64,000 nt of DNA from an uncultured Acidobacteriota bacterium (GTDB lineage Bacteria > Acidobacteriota > Vicinamibacteria > Vicinamibacterales > CAVVIG01): assembly GCA_963770995.1 (NCBI GenBank), contig CAVYRS010000001.1, positions 502,815-566,814 on the forward strand. Direction: 5' to 3'. The translations under genes and the position numbers were made by a program. This document shows, in pieces, positions 45,275 through 55,200 of this stretch. Within the stretch, counting starts at the first letter, position 1, and each line of letters starts with the position of its first letter. The notes under the pieces were generated by a model that was not told the origin of the DNA, ran no database searches, and saw only the letters and a program-made list of their open reading frames with translations.

Positions 45275-46457
45275 CGCCGCACCTGCTCGGTCGATGTTTT
45301 TGTCGGCGTCGAGGAGCCCAGGTATTTCAAGAACCACTCAGCCGCGAGATTGGACCCGACCTCGAACCCCGTGTTCGAGTACGCCTGAAAATGCGTGAGC
45401 TCGGGATAGACAATGGTTTGCGCGGTGATGCCGTGCTCGTTCAGATACTTCGTGGCTTCGATCGCGCCGCCGGGGCCGTTGGTGAGCTCGTCCTTCTCCG
45501 CCGGCAGGAACAGCACCCTGGTCGACTCGGCGATTTGATCGAGCGTCGCGCCCGGCCGCACGTCGCGGTTCCGGAAGTTGCCGAACAGATCGATCTTGCT
45601 GCGGAAGGAAAACCCGCCGTCCACCTCGGCGCCCTGCCCCGTCCTCGCGCGCTTGATCGCATCGTCCACCATCGCCGCCTGCGGACCGGCCGGCGCCGGC
45701 GCGGGACCGCGCGGCACCGGACGCGGGCCGGCGACTTGTGCCACGACCGCCTTCGCTCGCGTGTCGAGTGCGGCGACCGCGATGACGACGCTGCCGGCGT
45801 TGCTCGATCCCCAGATGCCGATGCGATCCGGATCGACGCCCGCCTCGCCCTGCAGATACGACATTGCCGCGCGATAGTCGTCCACTTCGTGCGCGTTGTT
45901 CAGATTTGTACGCTTGACGACGACACGCAGACGTCTGTCGGTAACTGTAGGTCCGGCTTTAGCCGGACCTACACGCGGCGGTCGCTCGTGGGATCCGGTT
46001 CGAGCAGCCGCAGATCGTCGGAGCCGCTGCCGCTGAACCCGTAGCTCTGGTAGTCGATGGCCATCGCGACGAGCCCGCGTTCAGCGAACCGCGCGGCGTA
46101 CTTCTCGATACCGATCGACAGCGCGTTGATCCCGTGGCCGACGACAACGCCCGGCCGGCGATCGGTGGCCTTGAATCCCTTCGGGAAAAACAGCTTCCCG
46201 TAGAGCGGCGTGCCGCCGTCCACGTAGAACGTGATCTGTTTCGTCGTGACGCCGTCCGGGAGCGTGTAGTCCCAGTCTCGCGGCTGCGTGCCGCCCTCAC
46301 GCTTCATGTCGGCGTCGGTCGCCTGCTTGTGGAACTCGGCGCGATTCTTCTCGACGAGATCGGTGCCGATTTGCGCGACGACGGACGAGGGCGCCAACCC
46401 GAGCGCCGCCATCGTGCCAAGGCCAATGACGAACGCCGGATGCCGGCACACAGCCAT
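45271..46457 (-). pseudogene. alpha/beta-hydrolase paralogue interrupted by a palindromic element (in-frame TAG plus frame change)
   Basis: The N-terminal part is track ORF 45969..46457 (...VAMAIDYQSYGFSGSGSDDLRLLEPDPTSDRRV*). The C-terminal part is ORF 45271..45885, and its frame extended upstream reads VGPAKAGPTVTDRRLRVVVKRTNLNNAHEVDDYRAAMSYLQGEAGVDPDRIGIWGSSNAGS. The two frames meet at the palindrome at 45946-45973. Confidence 0.7.
45946..45973. repeat. palindromic element TGTAGGTCCGGCTTTAGCCGGACCTACA
   Basis: Perfect 12-bp stem with a 4-nt loop. It supplies the TAG that ends the upstream hydrolase ORF. Confidence 0.9.
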
Positions 46458-46524
46458 GGCAATCTCCTGTGAGAAACGACGGGCCGTATCCTATCATCGA
46501 GCTGAAAACAAGGAGGCGCACGTG

Positions 46525-46962
46525 ATGCGGCTGATGATCGTCGGGCTCGCGGCCCTGGCGCTGGGCGCCGGCGGACAAACCGGCGCGAAGAACGTCGAGC
46601 GCGACATTCATGCGATGGAGCATCAATGGAATGAGGCGCGGGCAAAAGCCGACGTGGCCACGCTCGAGCGCATCCTGGTGGACGACTGGACCGTGACGCA
46701 CGGCGACGGCACGACGGACACGAAGGTGCGTTACCTGACGGATCTGAAGTCCGGCGCTCGGAAATTTTCTGGCGGGGTCACCGAATCCGATGTGACGATC
46801 CGCGTCTACGGAGACACCGCGGTCGCCGCCGGCTCCAGCAATTCGACCGTCACCCTGAACGGCCAGGCGCAGGGCGGCGCGCTGCATTTCACGCGCGTCT
46901 ACATAAAACGCGACGGCGCGTGGAAGATGATCGTGTCGCACGCAACCCGCCGACAGCCCTGA
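46525..46962 (+). CDS. SnoaL-like / DUF4440 (NTF2-fold) exported protein
   Basis: AAGGAGG lies 9 nt upstream of ATG 46525. MRLMIVGLAALALGAGG. HAMEHQWNEARAKADVATLERILVDDWTVTHGDG...FTRVYIKRDGAWKMIVSHAT. Confidence 0.8.
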   Translation: MRLMIVGLAALALGAGGQTGAKNVERDIHAMEHQWNEARAKADVATLERILVDDWTVTHGDGTTDTKVRYLTDLKSGARKFSGGVTESDVTIRVYGDTAVAAGSSNSTVTLNGQAQGGALHFTRVYIKRDGAWKMIVSHATRRQP

Positions 46963-46965
46963 AAA

Positions 46966-47041
46966 AAAGCAACCATGAAGTCACGAAGTCACGAAGAAAA
47001 CCTATTGAGGCTTCGTGTTTTCGTGTCTTCGTGGTTGCATT
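46966..47041. repeat. octamer-array hairpin element with GCAACC...GGTTGCATT termini between convergent genes
   Basis: AAAGCAACCATGAAG-TCACGAAG-TCACGAAG ... GCTTCGTG-TTTTCGTG-TCTTCGTGGTTGCATT. Confidence 0.9.
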
Positions 47042-47046
47042 CGGAA

Positions 47047-48216
47047 CTACTGGCTCTTTTTTCCCGCCGCCAGGTAGGCCTTCGACTGCGACTTCACGAC
47101 GTCGAGCAGGTTGCCCATCGCCAGGTTGACGTCGATCAAGTGCAGGCCCCAGCTCGCGTTGGGCTGGCCGTTCTGCATGACGTCGCCGGTGATCTCGTCG
47201 GTGCGCGGATCCGCCGGGTTGCCGTGCACGGTCACCTCGAGATACGAGCCCTTCTCGTTCGACACACATTGCGCGGTCAGCAGACCCGGGACACTCACAA
47301 ACGGCGTGTCGATCGTCTTGGCGGGAGTCACCCACGGCTTCGGCTGGGCGGCCGACCCCGTAATGCTGCTGCCACCGGTCGAGAGGTACGCGTGGAGCGC
47401 GCCGCTGCCGCCGCCCAGCGCCGCTGGATTGGAGCACGCCGCCTGCATCGAGTTGTCCCCGGCGATCCGGCCAAACAGCGAGTTCCCAGGCGGCGGGATC
47501 GTGGAGCGGAACGAGGCGTACGCGATCGCGCAGCCGGTGTCGGTCGCTGAATGGCACAGCGGGATCTTCTGAAACGCGCCGCCGACGTCCTTGCCTTTCG
47601 GCACCGACAGGCTGGTCCCAAGGAGCAGCGCGGAGATCAGCCGCGCCTGCACCGGCTTGCCGTCGATCTCGCTGCGGATGAGCTGCGTCAGGACGCCGGA
47701 TCCCTGGGAGTGCCCGATCAGCACGACGCCGCGGCCGTTGTTGTCGTGCTGCAGGTAGTAATTCCACGCGTCGAGGACGTCGTTGTAGGCGAGCTCGCGG
47801 TCGCGAGTCATCGGAGTCCCGCCGGAGAGGCGGGCGCGCAGCGCGGCGAGGGTGACCTGCCGGTACATCGGCGCGAACAACCGGCACGCCGCGCCGAACC
47901 GGGCGAACTGCGACCGCACGACGCCTCGCTCGGCGGGATCGATGTTCATGTCGCTGTTCGCCGACGGGTCGGACGACACCGTCGGGTAGACGTAGAAGCA
48001 GTCGATCGGTGGATTCGCCAGCGGCTTGAACTCCTCGCGCATCAGCGCGCCGTCCGCAGCCACGATCGTCGTGTTCAGGTCGATCGTGCAGGCATCGGTC
48101 CGTCCCGGTCGACAGAGCCATGCCCGACCGTCGCTGTAGTCGTTCTTCTCGGCCGCGATCACCCCCGTCGAGCAGAAGCCCGCCACGATCCCGATCATCA
48201 GTAGTCGACGATGCAT
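47047..48216 (-). CDS. DUF3089-like alpha/beta-hydrolase fold lipoprotein/exported protein
   Basis: ATG 48216 with AAAGAGGAG upstream. MHRRLLMIGIVAGFCSTGVIA. VVLIGHSQGSGVLTQLI. Confidence 0.8.
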   Translation of the reverse strand: MHRRLLMIGIVAGFCSTGVIAAEKNDYSDGRAWLCRPGRTDACTIDLNTTIVAADGALMREEFKPLANPPIDCFYVYPTVSSDPSANSDMNIDPAERGVVRSQFARFGAACRLFAPMYRQVTLAALRARLSGGTPMTRDRELAYNDVLDAWNYYLQHDNNGRGVVLIGHSQGSGVLTQLIRSEIDGKPVQARLISALLLGTSLSVPKGKDVGGAFQKIPLCHSATDTGCAIAYASFRSTIPPPGNSLFGRIAGDNSMQAACSNPAALGGGSGALHAYLSTGGSSITGSAAQPKPWVTPAKTIDTPFVSVPGLLTAQCVSNEKGSYLEVTVHGNPADPRTDEITGDVMQNGQPNASWGLHLIDVNLAMGNLLDVVKSQSKAYLAAGKKSQ

Positions 48217-48232
48217 ACGCTCCTCTTTTGCT

Positions 48233-49506
48233 TCACGCGATCGCTCGCGCTTTTTCAACCAGCCGGACACCCTTCGTTTCCGGCAGCGCCCAGACAGCCA
48301 TGCCCGCCAGCAGCGCGAACGGCGCGGCAAGCGCAATGCCCGCTCCGAATGTGGAACGCGCGGCCACCCACGCGATGATGACTGGCGCCAGGAACTGCAC
48401 GCCGCTCGACACGTTGTAGATGATACCCAGCGCGGCCGCGCGCACCGAGGTCGGGAACAGTTCGTTCAACAGCGGCCCGATGCAGCCCCAGTTGCCCTCG
48501 CCGAAACCGACCATGAACATGAACGCGAAGATCGCCAGCGAGTAGCCGCCGCCGAGCGTCCACCCGAGCGTGACCATGAGCAGCCCGATCGCCTTGATGA
48601 ATGGAAAACGCCGTGAAGCTCGGGCGCCGGCCGAAGCGATCGCTCGAGAAACCGAAGGCGATGTAGCCGATGAGCGATCCGATCTGATCCATGAGGAGCA
48701 GCCAGGCCGAGTCGCCGAGCGAGAGTCCGCGGATCTGCGTGAAAGTAGGTCGGCAGCCAGATCGTCTTGAACCAGTAGGCCGCCATGTTGAGCGTCGTCA
48801 CGGTCATGGCGAGCGCGGTCGTCCTCCGCAGCGCCGGGCCGATCATCTCCGACGACACGCGCCCGTAGTGGTGACCCGCGGCCGACGCCCGCTTGCTCTT
48901 CTCGAGCAGCCAGACGTCGGACTCGGGCATCTGCCGACGGATGAGGACGACGATGCAGCGCCGGCAGCGGCCGACACCATGAAGGCCGCGCGCCAGCCGA
49001 TCCACGGCGCCAGCAGGTTGCCCATCATCGTCGCGAAGAACCGCGCGAACGCGGATCCGCTCTGCAGGTACGAACCGTAGCGGCCGCGCACGTGCGGCGG
49101 CACCGTTTCGCCGACCATCGCGTGCGCCACGGCCCACTCGCCGCCGACGCCAATGCCGGTGATGGCGCGCGCGATGAGCAGCGTCCAAATCCCCGTCGCC
49201 ATGCCGGACAGCAGCGTGCCGATGCTGTAGATGAGGATCGTGATCATCAGCAGCGGCTTGCGGCCGTACCGATCCGCCAGCGCGCCGCCGAGAAGACCGC
49301 CCACTGCCGTGAAGGCCAGCGCCGTCCCCAGCAGCACCGCCACGTCGTCTGCGCGACAGCGCGAGATCCTTCGTCAGCGACGTCGATGCGACGAGGAAAC
49401 TGAGGAGCAGCAGGTCGTAGAAGTCGAAGATCCAGCCGATGAACGAAAACGCCAGGATCTTGCGGTGGATCGGCAGGACGGTCGGGCTCTCGCTGAGGAG
49501 GGGCAT
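48233..49506 (-). pseudogene. MFS transporter gene broken by at least four frameshifts
   Basis: The sensible peptide alternates between frames. MPLLSESPTVLPIHRKILAFSFIGWIFDFYDLLLLSFLVASTSLTKDLALS (ORF 48466..49506), then ADDVAVLLGTALAFTAVGGLLGGALADRYGRKPLL...WIGWRAAFMVSA (ORF 48843..49343), then IVVLIRRQMPESDVWLLEKSK...AAYWFKTIWLPTYF (ORF 48466.. again), then QIRGLSLGDSAWLLLMDQIGSLIGYIAFGFSSDRFGRRPSFTAFS (ORF 48255..48692), then FIKAIGLLMVTLGWTLGGGYSLAIF...ALPETKG (ORF 48233..48577). Confidence 0.8.
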
Positions 49507-49529
49507 CTTGGAGCGCTGATTATAGCGTT

Positions 49530-49692
49530 ACGAGAACACGGAGGTTTTCGGAGGGCACGGTTTTAGACGGAGGCACGAAGGCACGGAGGAAAACGGACAG
49601 AGACAGCGATGGGCAGTTCGACGGGTCGAACTTCTGTCTTCTTCGTGCGTCTTCGTGTCTCCGTTCCTCCGTGTGAGATCCGTGCGCTCCGC
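49530..49692. repeat. ~160-bp composite hairpin (CACGGAGG/CACGAAGG arms) with a central perfect palindrome
   Basis: The left arm at 49530-49606 contains CACGGAGG, GACGGAGG, CACGAAGG, CACGGAGG, ACAGAGACAG. The centre is AGTTCGAC-GG-GTCGAACT. The right arm at 49634-49690 reads TCTGTCTTCTTCGTGCGTCTTCGTGTCTCCGTTCCTCCGTG... Confidence 0.8.
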
Positions 49693-51477
49693 TACCTTCG
49701 TTGGCTCAGATACAGGGTGCGTTGTCGCCGCAGCTCGCTCGCGAGCGGGTCGGCGGGCGCCAGGAGAAGCGCGGCGTCAATCGCCTCGATCGCGCGCTCG
49801 AATTGACCGTCGGCCGCGTACGCGGATGCGAGGTTCGCGAACCCGTTGGCCACGGCCGGCTGCAGCCGCACGACCTCTCGATACTCTCGAACCGCGTCAC
49901 CGAACTTGCGCTGCTGCATGAGCACGCTGCCGAGGTTGTTGTGCGCGTTGGCGTATTGCGGGTCGATCTCCAGGGCGCGCCGATACTCGGTCGCGGCTTC
50001 ATCCAGCCGGCGGGCGACGGTCAGCGCGGTGCCCAGGTTGTAGTGTGCGGCGGCGGACCCGGGTTTCAGAGCGAGCGATGCGCTGAAGTGCTTCACTGCG
50101 TCATTGGCGCGCCCCAGTTCGAGATTCAGCAGGGCGGCATCGTCGTGCAAGCCGGCGTCGCTGGGATGCTTCTCGATCTCCACGCTCGTAGCCGATCACG
50201 TCTTCGGCGAGGACCTTCGGCCGAAAATCACTGATCAGCCGATCGAGCTCGCTCGCGTCCTTCGTCAACACCTGGATCCAGAGATCGCCCATCTCGTCCG
50301 ATGAACGCTGTCCCCACCTCGCCCGTTTCGGCGGCTGATCCGGATTGCGCGGGTTCTCCGCGGAGTTGTCGTAGGTGTAGCGCATCGACAGCCGCGTTCC
50401 TTTCGGAAAATGCAGCGGCGTGGCGAACCGGTAGACGTGCTGCCACCGGAAATCCCAGTCCTTGATCCCGATCAGCGGCCGGACGGTGCCATCCGGCAGC
50501 ACCGCCTCGCCCCGCACGTCGCGCGCGCGGTAGTGCGCGTGCGGCTGCACGGCCTGCACGTCCACGTCCACCGGCACCACGTACGAGTCGGTAATCGTGT
50601 ACTCCTTCTGACCCGCGGGAATGTCGATGCTCTGCCGCCCGAGACGCAGCATCGCCGGCGTCCGCGTCGGCGCCGCGTCGCTGAAATACAAGCCGACCGA
50701 CGGCGCCACCGATTCCGGCTTGCCGCTCGGCCGCATGTGCAGCTCGACGACGAGATCGGAGTGCACGTCGAGACGCCAGGACAGATCCTTCGGCAGCAGC
50801 GGCGCAACCTGGCCGGGCGTCCAGCCGAGAAAATGGCCGGCGGGGTACTGCGCCGAATGCGCGATCAACCCGTCGTATCCCGGACCAGGCTGCGCCTCGT
50901 CGAGGCCGCGCGATGCGGGCGTCTTGTCGATGCGGATGTTGGCGTGATGCACCACCCTGGGATTTCCCGGACGGAATTCGAGCGCCCGCACGAATCGAAT
51001 GGCCGATGTCGGAATCGGGATCACGAAGATTCGAAACGCATCGGTGCCGTCCGGCGGCAGCGTGTACGCCTGCGGGAGCGTGATGATGACGTCCGGCTGA
51101 CCAAGCTGCCAGCCTTCGTTCCACGTCCGCGCCGGCGGGCGCGGCGACGGGTTGCCTTCGGCGCTGCCCTCATCCACCCAGCGGCGGATCAATCGGATTT
51201 CCTCATCCGAGAGCGGACGCTGATCGACGAACGGACCGTTTGACGGATCGGCCTTCCACGGCGGCATGTAGCGTCGTTCGGTGACCGCCGCGACGAGCGC
51301 CGCACGGCGCTTCACGTCGTCGTAGGTAAGCAGATTGAACGGCCCCGATCCGCCGGGGTGATGGCACATCGCACAGCGATCGGCGACGAGCGGCGCGATG
51401 TCTTTCGAGTAGGTGACCGGCTGTGCAAAAACCTCGACATGAGTTAGCACAAACGCGACCGCAAGCAGACGTTTCAA
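49692..51477 (-). pseudogene. haem-c/PHM-like monooxygenase-fold + TPR protein, split by one frameshift (or two overlapping ORFs)
   Basis: TTG 51477 gives MKRLLAVAFVLTHVEVFAQP. CxxCH: ADRCAMCHHPGG. Then VVHHANIR, VVELHMRP, QPHAHYRA, WDFRWQ, SSDEMGDLWIQV...LAEDVIGYE. The TPR part (VEIEKHPSDAGLHDDAALLNLELGRANDAVKHF...) continues in another frame (track ORF 49692..50183). The intact paralogue 55532.. has both parts fused. Confidence 0.7.
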
Positions 51478-51482
51478 AATCG

Positions 51483-51609
51483 ACGTGGGGTCCGCCTTCA
51501 CGTGGACCAAGGTCCGGCTAAAGCCGGACCCCACGTACAGCCAGGTCCGGCTAAAGCCAGACCCCACCAAAATACGTCTTCCTCGTGTTTTCGTGTTTTC
51601 GTGGTTGCC
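51483..51609. repeat. cluster: three palindromic-element copies next to a solo arm of a CACGAA-type hairpin
   Basis: ACGTGGGGTCCGCC..., AAGGTCCGGCTAAAGCCGGACCCCACGTA (51509-51537), CAGGTCCGGCTAAAGCCAGACCCCACC (51541-51568), then CTTCCTCGTG-TTTTCGTG-TTTTCGTGGTTGCC (51577-51609). No partner arm is present. Confidence 0.8.
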
Positions 51610-51617
51610 TTTGGTCG

Positions 51618-52187
51618 TCATCGCGCGAAATCGGCGATGAAACAGCCCACGGCCTGTGTGGTGGGTCGCGGAATCGGCTTGCCGGCCAGCACCGCCGTCA
51701 GCGCGTCGGCCAGATCGTGCGTCGTCGGCGCCGGCCTCTCGAGACCGAGATCCACGTAGCGATCGTCGATGCGGCCGAGGTACGCGACGCGACCGCCCGC
51801 AACAACGGCGGCTTCAGGTGTGACGGTCGCCTTGACGTACTTGACGAGTGCGAGCGCCGGATCGCGCAGCGCCTCGAACGAGCCGTCGTAGCCGAACGCC
51901 GCCATGTGCTCGCGAATCGCCGCGGCCTGCTCCGACGGATTGGGATAGACGAGGCGAAACACCACGCCTTGTCGCGCGAACGTGGACACGATGCGGCGCA
52001 CTTCCGGCGCGTAGCGGTTCGAGATGGGGCAATCGGTGCTCGTGAACAGGAACACGATCGCCTTGGTCCCGGCCGGCGCGGCGAGCGCGTCGACGGCTGC
52101 CCCGTCGATCGTCAGCACGCGCACCTCGGAGGCTCCGTGGACGGTTGCCGACAGCAGCAGGCAGACCAGCGTACATCTGAGAATCAC
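51618..52187 (-). CDS. thioredoxin-fold (redoxin/AhpC-TSA-like) exported protein, single-Cys active-site variant (start uncertain)
   Basis: IVFLFTSTDCPISNRYAPEV...; C-terminal TTQAVGCFI. GTG 52187 chosen; the track ORF extends to 52256. Confidence 0.7.
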   Translation of the reverse strand: MILRCTLVCLLLSATVHGASEVRVLTIDGAAVDALAAPAGTKAIVFLFTSTDCPISNRYAPEVRRIVSTFARQGVVFRLVYPNPSEQAAAIREHMAAFGYDGSFEALRDPALALVKYVKATVTPEAAVVAGGRVAYLGRIDDRYVDLGLERPAPTTHDLADALTAVLAGKPIPRPTTQAVGCFIADFAR

Positions 52188-52294
52188 GGTCGAAGCCAAG
52201 ATAGCACGAACAAAAAAGGGCTGAGGCGTTTCCACCCCAGCCCTTCGACGAACCACGAACGACGAACGAAGGTCGAAGACCTACGAACGTCGCC

Positions 52295-55200
52295 TTACCA
52301 GTTGACGACCGCCGCCAAACGAAGCAGACGGCCCTGGATGATGCTGCCCGGCAGCAGGTAGCTGCCGCTCGACCCGTTGACCGCCGTCGGCGTCGCGCCG
52401 ACCCCCGTCAACGTGTAGGTAGTCGACCGAGCGGTGAAGAAGTCGCTCGAGTTCAACGCGTTGAACACGTCGACCTTCGGGTCGATCCGGAAGCGGCCGA
52501 CGGTAATGCGCTTCGAGACCGACAGGTCGAGCTGATTCAGCCGCGGCGTGAGCAACGTATTCGGCGCGTCCAGCGGGACGGTCAGCGTGGACAGCGCACC
52601 CGGTGCGATGAGCGCGCCGACGACGCAGCCCTGCGACGCCGAATTGCCCGGGCACGCCGTGTACCGCGTCGCCGCCGTCACGGTCAGCTGGCTGGCGAGC
52701 CCGCTGATGTTCGCGAAGTTCGGCGCGCCGGCGCCGCCCGCGGTCAGCGCGCTGGTCCCGAGGACGTAACCCGGCAGCCCCTGATACGCGCCGGCGAAGA
52801 CCAGCCCGTACCAGGGCAGCGGAACCATCCCGACGAGCTTGATGCCCGTCCGCCATGGAATCCCGCTGTTCTCCTGATCGCAGTAATTGGCGCCGCCGAT
52901 TCTGATCAGGAAGTTCGGATTCGAGGCGGCCGCCGTGCAGGTGTAGGCGATCGTCCGCTCGGTCCCGAATCCGCCCGAGAGGCGCGCGCCGCGCGGCAGC
53001 CGCGCGTTGAAGCCCATCTCGAACGAGTTGTACGTCTGCTTCAGTCCCGGATCGTTGGTGTCGATGTTCTTCGCCGCGAGGGTGCCGACCGCCGCGCTGG
53101 CGACGTCGAACACCGTGATCGGCGTTCCGTCGATGGGGCTGAACACCGTGACCGGTCGATAGCTGGCGTTGGTCACGGTCCCGTCGGCGTTGAGGGTGCC
53201 GGGCCGGTTGACGTTGTTCCGCTCCATGAAACCCTTGCTCACGTTGTGGAACCAGTCGAACGACACTGAGACGCCTTGGAACAGCTCGCGCGTGATGCCG
53301 GTGTTGCCCTGCAGCACGTACGGGCGCGTCAAGCCGGGATCGGGCTCCGCCAGCGAGACCGTCCCGAAGTTCGACGGGAGGCTGGCGAAGTTGATCTCGC
53401 AGGTCGGGTCGGTCGCGAAGGCGCAGCCCCGCGCGCCCTGCGCGACGTCGTCGAGGTTCTTGTCGGTCCACGGAAGCGTCGCATTGATGATGTTGCCGGC
53501 GCCCGGATCGTAGAGCTCGGCCAACGTCGTCGTGGCCGCCGCCATGAACTTGTTGAAGCCGAACTTCAGCGCGGTCTTGCCGTTGCCCTGCAGGTCGTAG
53601 ACCACTCCGGTGCGCGGCGAGAAGCTCTTCCAGATCGGCATCTGCTTGTCGCCGTAGGCCGGAATGTTGGCGAAGCGCCCCGACTGCGCGGGCTGTCCGT
53701 CAACTTGTTCGTTGACATATTCCCACCGGCCGCCGTACGTCAACGTCAGGCGATTGAGCGTCCAGATGTCCTGCGCGAAGATGCCGAGGCTGGCGTTCAG
53801 GCGATCCCGCCACCGGGCCGGCGTCGCGAACACGGTCACGGTTTGCGGGGTCTCGACGCCGTTGACCTGCACGTAGTTCTGATACAGATCCCCGTTCGCG
53901 TAGGACGCTCGGTTGAACGGACCCCACGAATCCTGGAATCCGACTTTGACGCTGTGGGTGCCGGTGACGTAGGTTGCCGACGCCTGCGCGTTGTAGCGAT
54001 CGGGATAGACGTTGTTCTGGAGGGCCGACGCCTTCCAGGTGAGGCCCGCGCCGGCGTCGACGTGGCGCGCGTTCGAGAACCATTCCGGCGAGCCATACGG
54101 CTTCTCGATGCCCGGTTGATAGAGGTTGTTGTAGCGCTCGATGTTGCCGGAATACCCGCCCTCGATGAGCAGCCGGCTGCTGACGGTCGACGTCCACTTG
54201 ACGCTGTTCGTCGTATACAACGGCGAATTCCAGAGAACCGACGACGTCGTCTGATCGTCGCCGGGCGCCATCGCCGCGCCGCGATCTTTGAGGACGCGGT
54301 CGTAGTACCCCGACAGCTTGTTCCGCGGCGAGATCTGCCACGTGAGGCGGCCGAGGTAGCTGTACTGGTGCTGCGGGTCGACGCCCTGCGGACAGAGCGC
54401 GCCGCCGCGGCCGGCCAGAGCCGCCTGGCACCGCTGAATGCCGGCCGGCGTGCCGTCGGAAACGAGCGTGTTCGCGATTGGCTTGTTCACCGTGAAGAGC
54501 CGGAACGACGCGAAGAACCACATCTTGTCTTTCTTCAGCGGTCCGCCCTGCGTGAAGTTGGTGTCGTTGTAGGTTCCGATCTTGTCGACCGTCCGGACCC
54601 CTAGCGACTCCAGCTTGGGTGTCAGGTTGTTGCTCTGCATCTTGCTGCTCTCGTAGCCCTCGAACAGCGATCCGCTGAACCGGTTGCCGCCTTCCTTCGG
54701 CACCAGGTTGATCTTGACGCCCCCGGTCGGCGAATCGACCGTGCCGCCACCCGTCTGGTAGACCATTTCCTGGTTCGCGCCTTCGTTCAGATAGCTCTGG
54801 ATGGCGCCGTCGCCCTGCAGCCCGTTCATGATCATGCCGTCGATCGTCACGGTCGTCTGCGCGGCGCCGAGGCCGTGCACCGTGAAGTAGGTCTGCTGCA
54901 TCGCCTGCGATCCGCCGACGTCGGGCGCGGTCAACGACACGCCCACGACGAGCTGGCCGACCGATTGAATCGTGTGCGCCGACGGGACCGCGTCGAGCAC
55001 GTCGCGCGACAGGACCTGTGCCTTGATGTTGGTCTGCACGTCGACCACCGGAGATTCGCCGGACACCGTCACGGTTTCCTCGACCGTGCCGACCTTCAAA
55101 TCGCCGTTGATCGTGGACGTGAAGTTCGACGGCAATTCGATCGCGTCTTTCTTCACACTGGAGAATCCGGGGAGCGAGAAGGTAAGGGAGTAAATGCCGG

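Noticed and set aside
9942-50187. Programmed ribosomal frameshifting as the explanation for the split genes
   Set aside because: I could see no slippery heptamer followed by a spaced structure at any site. One gene would need four shifts and another two. The shifted genes (MFS, kinase) are not families known to use recoding.
52245-52290. CGAAC-rich stretch (CGAACCACGAACGACGAACGAAGGTCGAAGACCTACGAACG) as another hairpin-array element
   Set aside because: Its periodicity is irregular and I could find no convincing complementary arm. It may be a decayed copy, but I cannot support it as a member.
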